Positions 8,000 through 16,318 are shown, counted from the stretch's first letter. The stretch: DNA of 16,874 bases from Acidobacteriota bacterium (GCA_049967655.1 JBMFSH010000048.1:1-16874), one strand, 5' to 3'. Numbers and translations: made by a program. Notes: generated by a model not told the origin, from the letters alone.

Positions 8000-9342
8000 C
8001 CACTCCCATCCGCATCCTGGTGGTGGACGACGAGTTCAGCGTGAGGGATTCGCTCCAGGCCTGGTTTCGCGATTCCGGATACGAGACCGAGGTGGCCGCC
8101 AGCGGCAAAGAGGCGCTCGCCAAGATGGGCCGGCAGCGCTTCGACATCTTCCTCCTGGACATCAAAATGGCCGGGATGGATGGCCTGGAGCTGCAGGAGA
8201 CGATCAAGGAGCACCAGGAGAACCCCATCATCATCTTCATGACCGCCTACGCGTCGGTGGACACGGCGGTCCGCGCGCTGAAGCAGGGCGCCTTCGACTA
8301 CGTCACCAAGCCCATCGACCCGGAGGAGCTGGAGCGCCTGGTGCGCAACGCGGCCGAGAGGCGTCTCCTCCAGAAGGAAAACCTCTCCCTGAAAGTGCAG
8401 ATCGAGGAGCTGACCCCCTTCAAGGACATCATCGGCGAAAGCCAGCCCATCCGGGACGTGGTCGAGCTGATCAAGAACGTGGCGCCCACGGATACGACGG
8501 TGCTCATCCGCGGCGAGAGCGGGACCGGGAAGGAGCTCGTGGCCAGGGCCATCCACGCCGCCAGCCCGAGGCGGTTCATGCCCTTCGTCACCGTGAACTG
8601 CGGCGCCCTGCCCGAGGGCCTCCTGGAGAGCGAGCTTTTCGGACACGAGCAGGGGGCCTTCACCGGCGCCCAGTTCCGACACAAAGGGAAGTTTGAGCTG
8701 GCGGATGGCGGCACGCTCTTCTTGGACGAGATCGGGGACGTCAGCCTCAAGACCCAGACCGACCTCCTCCGGGTGCTCCAGGAGAGGGAGATCACCCGAC
8801 TCGGCGGCACCAAGCCCATCAAGGTGGACTTCCGGCTCATCGCCGCGACGAACTGCGACCTCGAGGCGCGCGTGGCTGAGAAGAGCTTCCGCGGGGACCT
8901 CTATTACCGCTTGAACGTTTTCCCCATCGTGCTGCCGAGCCTGAAGGCTCGGCCCGGGGACATCCCGATGCTGGCCGGGTATTTCCTCCAGAAGTACGCC
9001 CGGAAGATGAACCGGCCGATCCGGGGCATCTCGGCTTCCGCCATGGCCCTCCTTTCCCAACACTCCTGGCCCGGAAACGTGCGGGAATTGGAGAACTCCA
9101 TCGAGCGGGCGGTGATTTTCTGCAAGGGCGACGAGCTGCTGCCCGAGCACCTTCCGATCCATAGGTCCGCCGCCTCCAAGGCCTCCTCGGGCCTCCCCCT
9201 GTCCGAAGTGGAGAAGATCCACATCCAGAGGGTCCTGGCGGAGACCGGCGGAAACATCTCCAAGTCGGCCCGAGTCCTGGGCATCGACCGGGCGACCCTC
9301 TACAACAAGATCAAGCGCTACGGGCTCTTCGTGCGAGAATGA
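7996..9342 (+). CDS. Sigma-54-dependent response regulator (REC, AAA+, Fis HTH; NtrC/AtoC/ZraR family), 448 aa
   Basis: RBS AAGGAGGT 7982-7989; ATGA overlap with the kinase stop (the track start at 7627 is too long). Receiver ILVVDDE...LLDIKM...MTAY...KP, Walker A GESGTGKE, ESELFGHEQGAFTGA, Walker B LFLDEIG, RLIAATN, DLYYRLNV, WPGNVREL, HTH ARVLGIDRATLYNK. Confidence 0.96.
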   Translation: MTTPIRILVVDDEFSVRDSLQAWFRDSGYETEVAASGKEALAKMGRQRFDIFLLDIKMAGMDGLELQETIKEHQENPIIIFMTAYASVDTAVRALKQGAFDYVTKPIDPEELERLVRNAAERRLLQKENLSLKVQIEELTPFKDIIGESQPIRDVVELIKNVAPTDTTVLIRGESGTGKELVARAIHAASPRRFMPFVTVNCGALPEGLLESELFGHEQGAFTGAQFRHKGKFELADGGTLFLDEIGDVSLKTQTDLLRVLQEREITRLGGTKPIKVDFRLIAATNCDLEARVAEKSFRGDLYYRLNVFPIVLPSLKARPGDIPMLAGYFLQKYARKMNRPIRGISASAMALLSQHSWPGNVRELENSIERAVIFCKGDELLPEHLPIHRSAASKASSGLPLSEVEKIHIQRVLAETGGNISKSARVLGIDRATLYNKIKRYGLFVRE

Positions 9343-9896
9343 CCCCGCTCAGGCTGATCCCCATCGGGAGCGTGAACCCGGGGGTCATGGAATACCTGGC
9401 CCTGGTCTTGCCCGAGTCCACCGGCTTGAAGTGCGTCCGGGCCCGGTGGGTCATCAACTACACGGAGGCCTACCTGAGCGAGCGGGACCAGTACCATTCC
9501 ACCCGGCTGCTGGACATGATCCAGGTGCAGGCCGATGGGGCCAGGGGTTCGGGCCCCTGCCTGGGGGTTACGGAACTGGACCTGGCGGTGCCCATCCTCA
9601 CCTTCCTGTTCGGCGAGGCCCGCCTCCAGGGGAGTTGCGCCGTGGTCTCCGCGCACCGCCTGCACCAGGCCTTCTACGGGCTACCCGGCGATTCGTCCCT
9701 GCTGCTGACCCGGGTGGAGAAGGAGAGCCTCCACGAGTTGGGCCATCTGGCGGGTCTGCGCCACTGCCGGCTCTCCTCCTGCGTCATGGCCTTCTCCACG
9801 TCGGTGGAGCAGGTGGATCTCAAGGAGGCCGCCTTCTGCGATCGCTGCCTCCCGGTTTTCGAGGCTTGGGTTCAAGGCTGGCAGAACCGTCCTTGA
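9339..9896 (+). CDS. Archaemetzincin-family (peptidase M54) Zn metalloprotease
   Basis: Metzincin motif HELGHLAGLRH followed by C-x4-CVM (Met-turn) and VDLK...FCDRC (structural Cys4 Zn site). Also RDQY and LTFLFGEA. ATGA overlap with the regulator stop. No signal peptide. Confidence 0.92.
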   Translation: MTPLRLIPIGSVNPGVMEYLALVLPESTGLKCVRARWVINYTEAYLSERDQYHSTRLLDMIQVQADGARGSGPCLGVTELDLAVPILTFLFGEARLQGSCAVVSAHRLHQAFYGLPGDSSLLLTRVEKESLHELGHLAGLRHCRLSSCVMAFSTSVEQVDLKEAAFCDRCLPVFEAWVQGWQNRP

Positions 9897-10074
9897 GCCA
9901 TCCGTGAAAGCTGGTCCGGCGATGCTTTTCTAGCCATCCCCCAACCTGAAGAGCCGCGGTGATACTTCAGAAGTCGGAGGGAACTCCATCTCTCCCCCGA
10001 TCTCTTTTTCCCGCAGTGGCGGTTTTCGGGCTCTCCCGTTTTGGTGTGCGGCGACGAACGGATCGTCCGCGGGG

Positions 10075-10611
10075 TCAGCGCGCGGAGGTGGCGAGGGGGC
10101 GAAGGCGGTCCCAGGCCTCGGTGTAGGTTCGGTAATCCTCTGCGCTGAAGCAGACGAAGAGGACGAGGGCCGGGGCACCGTGGGCGCGGAGAAACCCGTT
10201 CACTTCTGCGAGGGCGATTGGGCAGGCCCTCTCGATGGGGAAGCCGTAGGCGCCCGTGCTGATGCTGGGAAAGGCGAGACTGGCAACGCCCTTTTCCAGG
10301 GCGAGGTGAAGGCTGTTCCGGTAGCACCTGGCGAGCAGCTCCTCCTCGCCGTGGCCGCCTCCTCGCCAGACGGGCCCGACGGTGTGGATGACGAAGCGGG
10401 CCGAGAGCAGGTGGCCACCCGTTATGCGGGCCTCTCCGGTGGGGCAGCCGCCGATGCGGCGGCACTCCTCCAGGAGCCCGGGGCCAGCCGCCCGGTGGAT
10501 GGCCCCGTCCACGCCGCCGCCTCCGAGGAGGCTCGTGTTGGCCGCGTTGACCACCGCCTCCACCTTCTGGCGCGTGATATCCCCTTGGACAATCCGAATC
10601 GTGGGTGCCAC
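10075..10611 (-). CDS. ymdB: Macrodomain protein, O-acetyl-ADP-ribose deacetylase/ADP-ribosylhydrolase (YmdB/MacroD-type)
   Basis: Motifs [35 protein letters not shown] and [16 protein letters not shown] start with GGAGG 6 nt upstream. Confidence 0.93.
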   Translation of the reverse strand: MAPTIRIVQGDITRQKVEAVVNAANTSLLGGGGVDGAIHRAAGPGLLEECRRIGGCPTGEARITGGHLLSARFVIHTVGPVWRGGGHGEEELLARCYRNSLHLALEKGVASLAFPSISTGAYGFPIERACPIALAEVNGFLRAHGAPALVLFVCFSAEDYRTYTEAWDRLRPLATSAR

Positions 10612-10716
10612 GATACCCCTCCAAGAACCCGTGCGCGGGGCGGCACCTTTCCGGCCGGAGAGATCGGGGCTGGGATGGGAGATGGCCTCCCCGCAGCTCC
10701 TTCGGCGGAGGCGCGG

Positions 10717-11094
10717 TCAGTCGGTGCTGGGGACGGTGCAACCCGTGGGATCGGTGGCCCGTTCCGAAGGGATGAGGCCTCCAGCTTCCAGACGGTCCAG
10801 CACCTCCCGGCAGGTGCCGTTGGCGCAGGTGACCACGTGGATGCCGCTGTTTTGGAGAATCTGAAAGGATTCGCGGCCGATCTCACCGGTAGCTATCCAG
10901 GAGACTTCGAGTCGGGACAGCATCTCGGCCGTCTTGGCCCCCGCCCCCAGGCCCATGCCGGCGAAGGCGCGATTGTCAATGATGCGGACCACGCGCGTTT
11001 CGGTTTCGGCCACGAAGATGTAGAGAGAGCGGCCGAACCGACGTGAAACGGGTGCGTCCAGGGACTTCTCCATGCTCGTGACGGCTATGCGCAT
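10717..11094 (-). CDS. NifB/NifX (dinitrogenase FeMo-cofactor biosynthesis-like, MTH1175-type) family protein
   Basis: Family pattern MRIAVTS...LDAPVSRRFGRS.Y...IIDN...GAG...L...V..IATG.IG..SF..L...GI.V. RBS GAAGGAG upstream. Confidence 0.85.
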   Translation of the reverse strand: MRIAVTSMEKSLDAPVSRRFGRSLYIFVAETETRVVRIIDNRAFAGMGLGAGAKTAEMLSRLEVSWIATGEIGRESFQILQNSGIHVVTCANGTCREVLDRLEAGGLIPSERATDPTGCTVPSTD

Positions 11095-11148
11095 CTCGTC
11101 GTCTCCTTCGATGCGGAGGCGGCTCCAATGATTCGGGTCCCCTTATCC

Positions 11149-11176
11149 ATTGTACATCCCGCCTCGCCTGGTGCAA
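11149..11176 (-). promoter_or_regulatory. Possible sigma-70 promoter for the nifX-like and macrodomain genes
   Basis: The minus strand reads TTGCAC-N16-TACAAT in the gap between rmuC and the nifX-like gene. Confidence 0.4.
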
Positions 11177-11207
11177 ATCCCCGGACGGGCCAGGGCGGGC
11201 CAGGGTT

Positions 11208-12353
11208 TCATTCGCCCGAATCGCCGGGCCTCTCGAACCCCAGATCCCGCGCCCGCTCCAGGTGGCCCGAAAGGCGCTGCAAGGCCCGCTGGCCCTCGTC
11301 GTATTTTTGGTGGGCGTTGGCCAGGTGGCGGCCGAGGGTTTCGAATCCCCCTTCGAAGCCCCGAAGGTCCCTCTCCAGGGTGGCCAGGAGATCGAGCACC
11401 TGCCGGGCGTTCTGTTCGACGGCGGCGGCCTTGAGACCCAGGGCGACTGTTTTCAGATAGGCGGTCAGGGTTCCCGGTGAAAGAGGCAGCACGGATCGTT
11501 CGTAGGCGTAACGCCAGAGGTCCTCCTCCTCCGGGACATGGACGACGAAGGCCTCGTAGTAGAGAGACTCGGCCGGAAGGTACATGAGGGCCAGGGGAAG
11601 GGTGCCCTCGCCGGGGCGGAGGTAGAGCTTGGCGATGTCGTCGATCTTCTTCTTGAGGTTGGCCAGGAACGCCTTTCGCGCTTTCGGCCGGTCGTCCTCC
11701 TCCGCCTCCAGGTACCGCTGGAAGTCCTCCATGGGGAACTTGGCGTCGATGGGCAGGAGGCCCCTGTCCAGAAGGACCATGGCGTCCACCTTCCTGCCGT
11801 CGGCGAAGGCGTACTGGTAGACCACGCGGTCTTTGGGCAGGATGTCTCTCAGGATCGTCTCAAGGCCCAGTTCCCCCAGCTCCCCTCGTGCCTTCGGGGC
11901 GCGGAGGAGGCGCTGAAGGCCTTCGATGTCCTTCCCCAGTTCGGCCATCCGGAGAGAGGTCTGCTGAACCATCCCCATCTTCTCGGTGACCTGGGCGAGG
12001 GTGGCCTGGGTGCCCTCCATGTGCCGCTGGAGGATGCCCGTCTGGTTTTGGAGGGAGGCGGTCTGGTGGCTGAGCTGCTCGCGCAGGCTCTGTTCCTGGC
12101 CCGACAGCCTCTGCTCCAAGAGGTGCTGGGTCGTGCCGAGCTGCTGGGTCAGGATGGCCTGAAGTTCCGCATTGCGGCGTTCCAGGCCGTCCACGCGGCC
12201 CACCAGATCGCTCCGCAGGCCTTCCAGGAGGATGGCCTTGCTCCTTTCTTCGCCGGTGATGCGGGAGAGCCGCCGGAGCACGATTCCCAGCAGGGCCAGC
12301 AGCCCGAGCAGAAGGGCGGCCAGCGCCAGCCCGAGGGACGTGGGGCCGCTCAT
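11208..12353 (-). CDS. rmuC: DNA recombination protein RmuC family (381 aa)
   Basis: True start is ATG 12353 (MSGPTSLG), with a GAGGA RBS and an ATGA overlap with the cvpA stop. N-terminal TM helix and coiled coil, then PKARGELGE..LE.IL, QY.F..G..VDA, PIDAKFP, IDDIAKLY, ALMYLPAESLY and SPGTL. Confidence 0.92.
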   Translation of the reverse strand: MSGPTSLGLALAALLLGLLALLGIVLRRLSRITGEERSKAILLEGLRSDLVGRVDGLERRNAELQAILTQQLGTTQHLLEQRLSGQEQSLREQLSHQTASLQNQTGILQRHMEGTQATLAQVTEKMGMVQQTSLRMAELGKDIEGLQRLLRAPKARGELGELGLETILRDILPKDRVVYQYAFADGRKVDAMVLLDRGLLPIDAKFPMEDFQRYLEAEEDDRPKARKAFLANLKKKIDDIAKLYLRPGEGTLPLALMYLPAESLYYEAFVVHVPEEEDLWRYAYERSVLPLSPGTLTAYLKTVALGLKAAAVEQNARQVLDLLATLERDLRGFEGGFETLGRHLANAHQKYDEGQRALQRLSGHLERARDLGFERPGDSGE

Positions 12354-12871
12354 AGCTTCCTCCCCCCGCTCTCCGAAGGACGAGACCTGCGAACCGGGAC
12401 CGGCCCAAACGGGGGATCGGGCACGAGCGCGCGGATGCCCACGGCCCAGCCAGCCATGGCTCTCACGACGGGGCCCGCCTCCACCTTGGCGCGAAGCGCG
12501 GGGGAGACGCGGCCGGCCGCCTGCACGATGCCCCCCGTGAGGTAGACGGCCAGCAGGAATCCCAGGATCGCTCCCAACAGGCGGTTCAGGGGGCCCAGGC
12601 CCGCCTCGTGGGCCAGTTTGCTGGCCAACATACCGGCCAAGACGAAGGCCAGGAGAATGAGCAGGAAGGCCGCGATGCGCGCGGGGGACCCAGCCAGGAG
12701 GGGCATCCTGCCGGCCATGTTGCGCTCCATGAGGTCGGCCACGCGACCTGAAAACAGGAAGGCGGCGAGCAGCCCGGCCAGGGAGAGGGCCAGCCGGAGG
12801 GCGCCCTTCCAGAGGCCCCCGAGCACCAGGGCCACGACTGCGAGCAGGATGACACCGTCCCAGATCGTCAT
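12350..12871 (-). CDS. cvpA: CvpA (colicin V production) family membrane protein
   Basis: MTIWDGVILLAVVALVLGGLWKG at the N-terminus, GLGPLNRLLGAILG motif, four hydrophobic segments. Confidence 0.85.
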   Translation of the reverse strand: MTIWDGVILLAVVALVLGGLWKGALRLALSLAGLLAAFLFSGRVADLMERNMAGRMPLLAGSPARIAAFLLILLAFVLAGMLASKLAHEAGLGPLNRLLGAILGFLLAVYLTGGIVQAAGRVSPALRAKVEAGPVVRAMAGWAVGIRALVPDPPFGPVPVRRSRPSESGGRKL

Positions 12872-12911
12872 GGCGCCGCACCCGTCCCCGAAAACGCGGA
12901 TCCTCCTGAGC

Positions 12912-13619
12912 CTAGCACGGTTGGGCCACGGGGTCCACGGCCGCCCACCGCTCGTAGCGCAGGGCAGGGAAGAGGGGGAGGTCCGCCGCGCGGCACAGCC
13001 TCTTGAGCCGGGGCAGGTCGGTCCCCTTCGACTGTCGGGCGCGGAGCGTTGCCCGGGCGAGGGGGCGCGGGGCCACCTCTTCGATCCATCCCTCGCGCAA
13101 CGCCTCCGCGGCCGTGAGCCGCCTCGCCCTCAGCAGGGCCTCCGATCCGGGCGTGCCCCGGCGCGGCAGGAAGGCCGTTCCTCCCCATCCGGTAATGAGG
13201 CCGAGGCTTGGTCCCGGATGGGCGAAGCGGGCCGCAGGGCCGGCCACCCGGTAATCGCAGGCCAGGGCCAAGTCCACCCCGCCGCCCATGCAGGCCCCTC
13301 GGACGCAGGCCACGAGCCAGAGCCGGCTCGCGCGCATCCTCCCGAAGAGCCGCTGCCCCATGCGAGAGAAGTCCGATGCCCCTTCCGCGCCGAGCTGCCT
13401 CAGCTCCCGGAAATTCGCGCCCGCGAGGAAGGTGGTCGGGGAGGCCGAGGTGAAGGCCACCCAGCGCAGCTCCTTCCTCGACTCCCAGCCATCGAGGGCC
13501 CTCTCCAGCTCGGCCAGGGCCAGCCGGCTGAGAGTGAAAGGGCGGCCCGCATTGCCGAAAACGACGTGCAGACCTCCTTCGGGAAGGCCGGATGCTTCGA
13601 GGATCAGCCGGGTGGACAT
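12912..13619 (-). CDS. Enoyl-CoA hydratase/isomerase (crotonase) superfamily protein with a divergent active site
   Basis: FLAGANF oxyanion loop, VRGACMGGGVDLALACDYRVA, LGLITGWGGT and LTAAEALREGWIEEV. No clear RBS, so the start is uncertain. Confidence 0.85.
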   Translation of the reverse strand: MSTRLILEASGLPEGGLHVVFGNAGRPFTLSRLALAELERALDGWESRKELRWVAFTSASPTTFLAGANFRELRQLGAEGASDFSRMGQRLFGRMRASRLWLVACVRGACMGGGVDLALACDYRVAGPAARFAHPGPSLGLITGWGGTAFLPRRGTPGSEALLRARRLTAAEALREGWIEEVAPRPLARATLRARQSKGTDLPRLKRLCRAADLPLFPALRYERWAAVDPVAQPC

Positions 13620-13692
13620 GGCCGGTGGGGGAAAAAGCGGGGCGGTTGCTCGGGTGGCCGGCTCAAGGCTAGGGGGAAAGCGCTCGCGGGTG

Positions 13693-14112
13693 TCAACTGG
13701 AAACCCGCGCTCGTCTGGGCTCCACCTCCTCCTTGAGGAACCGCACCACGTCGGCGGTGGAGGTCCCGGGGGTGAAGATCCTGGCGACGCCCGCCTTCAG
13801 AAGCTCCGGGATGTCCTCGTCGGGGATGATCCCTCCGCCGAAGACCACCACGTCCTCGGCGCCTTTCTCCTTCAGCAGCCGGGTGATCTTGGGAAAGAGC
13901 GTTCCGTGCGCGCCGGAGAGGATGGAGAGGCCGATGGCGTCCACGTCCTCTTGCAGCGCGGTGGCGACCACCTGCTCCGGGGTCTGGTGGAGCCCCGTGT
14001 AGATGACCTCGTAGCCCGCGTCCCTCAGGGCCCTGGCGATGATCTTGGCCCCCCGGTCGTGGCCGTCCAGCCCCACTTTGCCGACCAGAAGCCTCAACGT
14101 CTGCTTGGCCAT
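13693..14112 (-). CDS. Cobalamin-binding small subunit of an acyl-CoA mutase (IcmB/MCM C-terminal domain)
   Basis: Base-off/His-on motif GLDGHDRG (DxHxxG), plus [15 protein letters not shown] and IFTPG. RBS GGAGGAG. Confidence 0.93.
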   Translation of the reverse strand: MAKQTLRLLVGKVGLDGHDRGAKIIARALRDAGYEVIYTGLHQTPEQVVATALQEDVDAIGLSILSGAHGTLFPKITRLLKEKGAEDVVVFGGGIIPDEDIPELLKAGVARIFTPGTSTADVVRFLKEEVEPRRARVSS

Positions 14113-14368
14113 GGTGTCTCCTCCAGCTCAGTCAGTATACCTCACCTGCGATGTCGCAGAGGCAGCCAGAGACCGAAACCGGATGCCGCCAGCAACGACG
14201 CCGCCGGTAGGGGGAAGGGGAGCACTCGGAATCCCCACGCGGCCGCTAGATCTGTCCCCACCAGGTAGCTCAGGGCCGCTTCCATCGATCCGCCTCATGG
14301 ACGGGAAGAAGGAGGGGGCGGACCGTGGCACGCCGGCGCTGCCTTGCCGGGGCCGGTCCCTCCGCGGC

Positions 14369-16039
14369 TCAAATCACGCTGTTCTCCCGGTACTCGCCGA
14401 AGACCTCCTTCATCGCGTTGCCCGTCTCCTCGAGCGTACAGTAGGCCCTGGCGCACTCCAACAGGGCTGGCATGAGGTTTTCGCTGGTGCGGGCCTTGGC
14501 CGTGAGGTTGGAGAGGGCCGAGAGGACCGCCTTGCCGTCCCGCGTCCGTTTTACCTCAGCCAGTCGGGCCTTCTGCCTGATCTCCACCTCAGGAGGGATC
14601 TTGAGCAGGGGGATGGGGATCTCTTCGGGCATGGTGTAGCGGTTCACGCCCACGATGGTCTTCGTCCCCTCTTCCACCTGTTTCTGATAGCGGTAGGAGG
14701 CCTCCGCGATCTCGCGCTGGGGAAATCCCTGCTCGATGGCCTTGATGATGCCGCCCATCTCGTCGATCTTCCGGATGTACTCGAGGGCCTGCCGCTCCAT
14801 CTCGTTGGTAAGGGACTCGACAAAGTAGGAACCCGCCAGCGGGTCTATGGTATTGGCGACGCCGCTCTCCTCGGCGATGATCTGCTGGGTGCGCAGGGCC
14901 ACCGTGACGGCCTGTTCGCTCGGCAGGCACAGCGTTTCGTCCATGGAGTCGGTGTGGAGGCTCTGGCAGCCGCCGAGCACCGCCGCGAGGGCCTGGATGG
15001 TCACCCGGATCACGTTGTTGATGGGCTGCTGCGCGGTCAGGGAACACCCGGCGGTCTGCACGTGCGTACGCAGCATCCACGAGCGCGGGTCCTTGGCGCC
15101 GAATCGTTCGCGAAGCTGGCGCGCCCAGATGCGGCGGGCCGCCCTCAGTTTGGCGATCTCCTCGAAGAAATCGTTGTGAGAGTTGAAAAAGTAGCTCAGG
15201 CGAGGGGCGAATGAGTCCACGTCCATTCCGCGGGCCATGCCCGCCTGCACGTAACCGATGCCGTCCGCCAGCGTGAAGGCCAGCTCCTGGACCGCGGTGG
15301 AGCCCGCCTCCCGGATGTGGTACCCGCTGATGGAGATGGTGTTCCACTGGGGAACCTCCTTGGCCGAGAATTCCATGGTGTCCACGATCAGGCGGACGCT
15401 CGGCTCGGGCGGGTAGATCCACTCCTTCTGGGCGATATACTCCTTGAAAATATCGTTCTGGATGGTGCCGCGGAGCTTCTTCAAGGGGACCCCCTGCTTC
15501 TCGGCCACCGCGAGGTACATGGCGTAGACGATGGCGGCGGGGGCGTTGATGGTCATGGAGGTGGAGACGTCACCCAGCGGGATGCCGTCGAAGAGGATCT
15601 CCATGTCGCGCAGCGTAGCGATGGCGACGCCCTCTTTCCCCACTTCGCCTTCGGCGAGGGGGCTGTCGCTGTCCCGGCCCATGAGCGTGGGCAGGTCGAA
15701 GGCCGTGGAAAGGCCCGTCTGGCCTTCCTTGAGGAGGTATTTGAACCGAGCGTTGGTGTCTTCCGCGGTTCCCATGCCGGCGAACATGCGCATGGTCCAC
15801 AGGCGGCCGCGGTACATGGTGGGCTGCACGCCGCGGGTGAAGGGGTATTCTCCGGGCCAGCCGATCTCCTTCTCGTAATCCTGCCCCTCGAGGTCCTCGG
15901 GCGAATAGAGGCGGCGAATGGGCAGGGAAGAGACGGTCGAGTAGTCCGCCTCCCTGTCGGGGTGCCGTTCCAGGTGTGGGTTCAAGGTCTCCCGCTCCCA
16001 GCGGGCTCGGCCTCGGGGGTTCTCATGGGAGGGTGCCAT
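14369..16039 (-). CDS. icmA: Acyl-CoA mutase large (substrate-binding) subunit, isobutyryl-CoA mutase type (IcmA-like)
   Basis: Motifs [52 protein letters not shown] and DPLAGSY, with no B12 domain. Specificity positions are F86 (WTMRMFAG) and Q204 (KEYIAQKEW), in place of MCM Tyr and Arg. Confidence 0.85.
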   Translation of the reverse strand: MAPSHENPRGRARWERETLNPHLERHPDREADYSTVSSLPIRRLYSPEDLEGQDYEKEIGWPGEYPFTRGVQPTMYRGRLWTMRMFAGMGTAEDTNARFKYLLKEGQTGLSTAFDLPTLMGRDSDSPLAEGEVGKEGVAIATLRDMEILFDGIPLGDVSTSMTINAPAAIVYAMYLAVAEKQGVPLKKLRGTIQNDIFKEYIAQKEWIYPPEPSVRLIVDTMEFSAKEVPQWNTISISGYHIREAGSTAVQELAFTLADGIGYVQAGMARGMDVDSFAPRLSYFFNSHNDFFEEIAKLRAARRIWARQLRERFGAKDPRSWMLRTHVQTAGCSLTAQQPINNVIRVTIQALAAVLGGCQSLHTDSMDETLCLPSEQAVTVALRTQQIIAEESGVANTIDPLAGSYFVESLTNEMERQALEYIRKIDEMGGIIKAIEQGFPQREIAEASYRYQKQVEEGTKTIVGVNRYTMPEEIPIPLLKIPPEVEIRQKARLAEVKRTRDGKAVLSALSNLTAKARTSENLMPALLECARAYCTLEETGNAMKEVFGEYRENSVI

Positions 16040-16145
16040 GGCGCTACCTCGCTCCGAAAGGGGCCCGATAACGGGCCATTCTGCTCGAACCGCATTTATC
16101 GTACCACAAGGCGCCTTGGGCGAGGGTCGTGCCTCGGAGAGTCCT

Positions 16146-16192
16146 ATGCCTGTTTGGCGCTGTCAAAATGGCCAGCTGCGCCAAATAGGCAC
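16146..16192. promoter_or_regulatory. Paired palindromic enhancer (UAS) sites for the downstream sigma-54 promoter
   Basis: ATGCC-TGTTT-GGCGC (16146-16160) and GCGCC-AAATA-GGCAC (16178-16192) are inverted copies with centres 32 bp apart. A weaker GTC-AAAAT-GGC lies between them. Confidence 0.6.
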
Positions 16193-16270
16193 TAGCTTGA
16201 CCTCCGAAGATCCCCGGGGCAGCCGCAGGATTATCTCTATTTTTCAGTGAAATCCGCGCCATTTCGTCTC

Positions 16271-16287
16271 TTGGCACGCCCGTTGCT
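16271..16287 (+). promoter_or_regulatory. Sigma-54 (RpoN) -24/-12 promoter
   Basis: TTGGCACGCCCGTTGCT matches the consensus TGGCACG-N4-TTGCW; GG at 16273-16274 and GC at 16285-16286. Confidence 0.88.
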
Positions 16288-16318
16288 GGCCACCAGCGCG
16301 GTGCTAGGAGGCATGCAT

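Noticed and set aside
9945..9998. Glycine-riboswitch-like words on the minus strand (GGAGAG...CTGAAG...CTCTTCAGG)
   Set aside because: It lies between convergent genes with no downstream gene on that strand, and the core CCGAAG-GCAA elements are not matched. A cmscan would settle it.
5403..10611. GcvH-like and macrodomain genes as a SirTM-type (GcvH-L/LplA2/macrodomain/sirtuin) operon
   Set aside because: The genes are on opposite strands 4 kb apart, there is no sirtuin or lipoate ligase, and the H-like protein lacks the lipoyl-Lys that system requires.
10612..10719. Sec read-through fusing the NifX-like protein to the macrodomain (the TGA is in frame, followed by 35 open codons and a hairpin)
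   Set aside because: The UGA is not at a conserved Cys position, the hairpin loop is only about 11 nt from the UGA, the macrodomain gene has its own RBS, and open frames of this length are common at high GC.
14155..14180. B12-box-like AGCCAGAGACC near the mutase genes (cobalamin riboswitch)
   Set aside because: It is on the strand opposite to the mutase genes, and the other conserved riboswitch elements are not evident.
16118..16135. Minus-strand AGGCACGACCCTCGC (GG-N10-GC) as a sigma-54 promoter for icmA
   Set aside because: It has two mismatches in conserved positions and is too close to the enhancer sites for normal looping. Not excluded, but unsupported.
347..16195. Long alternative-frame and antisense ORFs (e.g. 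347-1624, 3673-4917, 6206-7945, 7867-9222, 11538-12545, 14039-15214, 15317-16195) and over-extended starts (5247, 7627, 12881, 16247)
   Set aside because: These are shadow ORFs of high-GC coding regions that overlap well-supported genes and have no motifs. The extended starts overlap promoters or neighbouring genes, whereas the downstream starts have RBSs.
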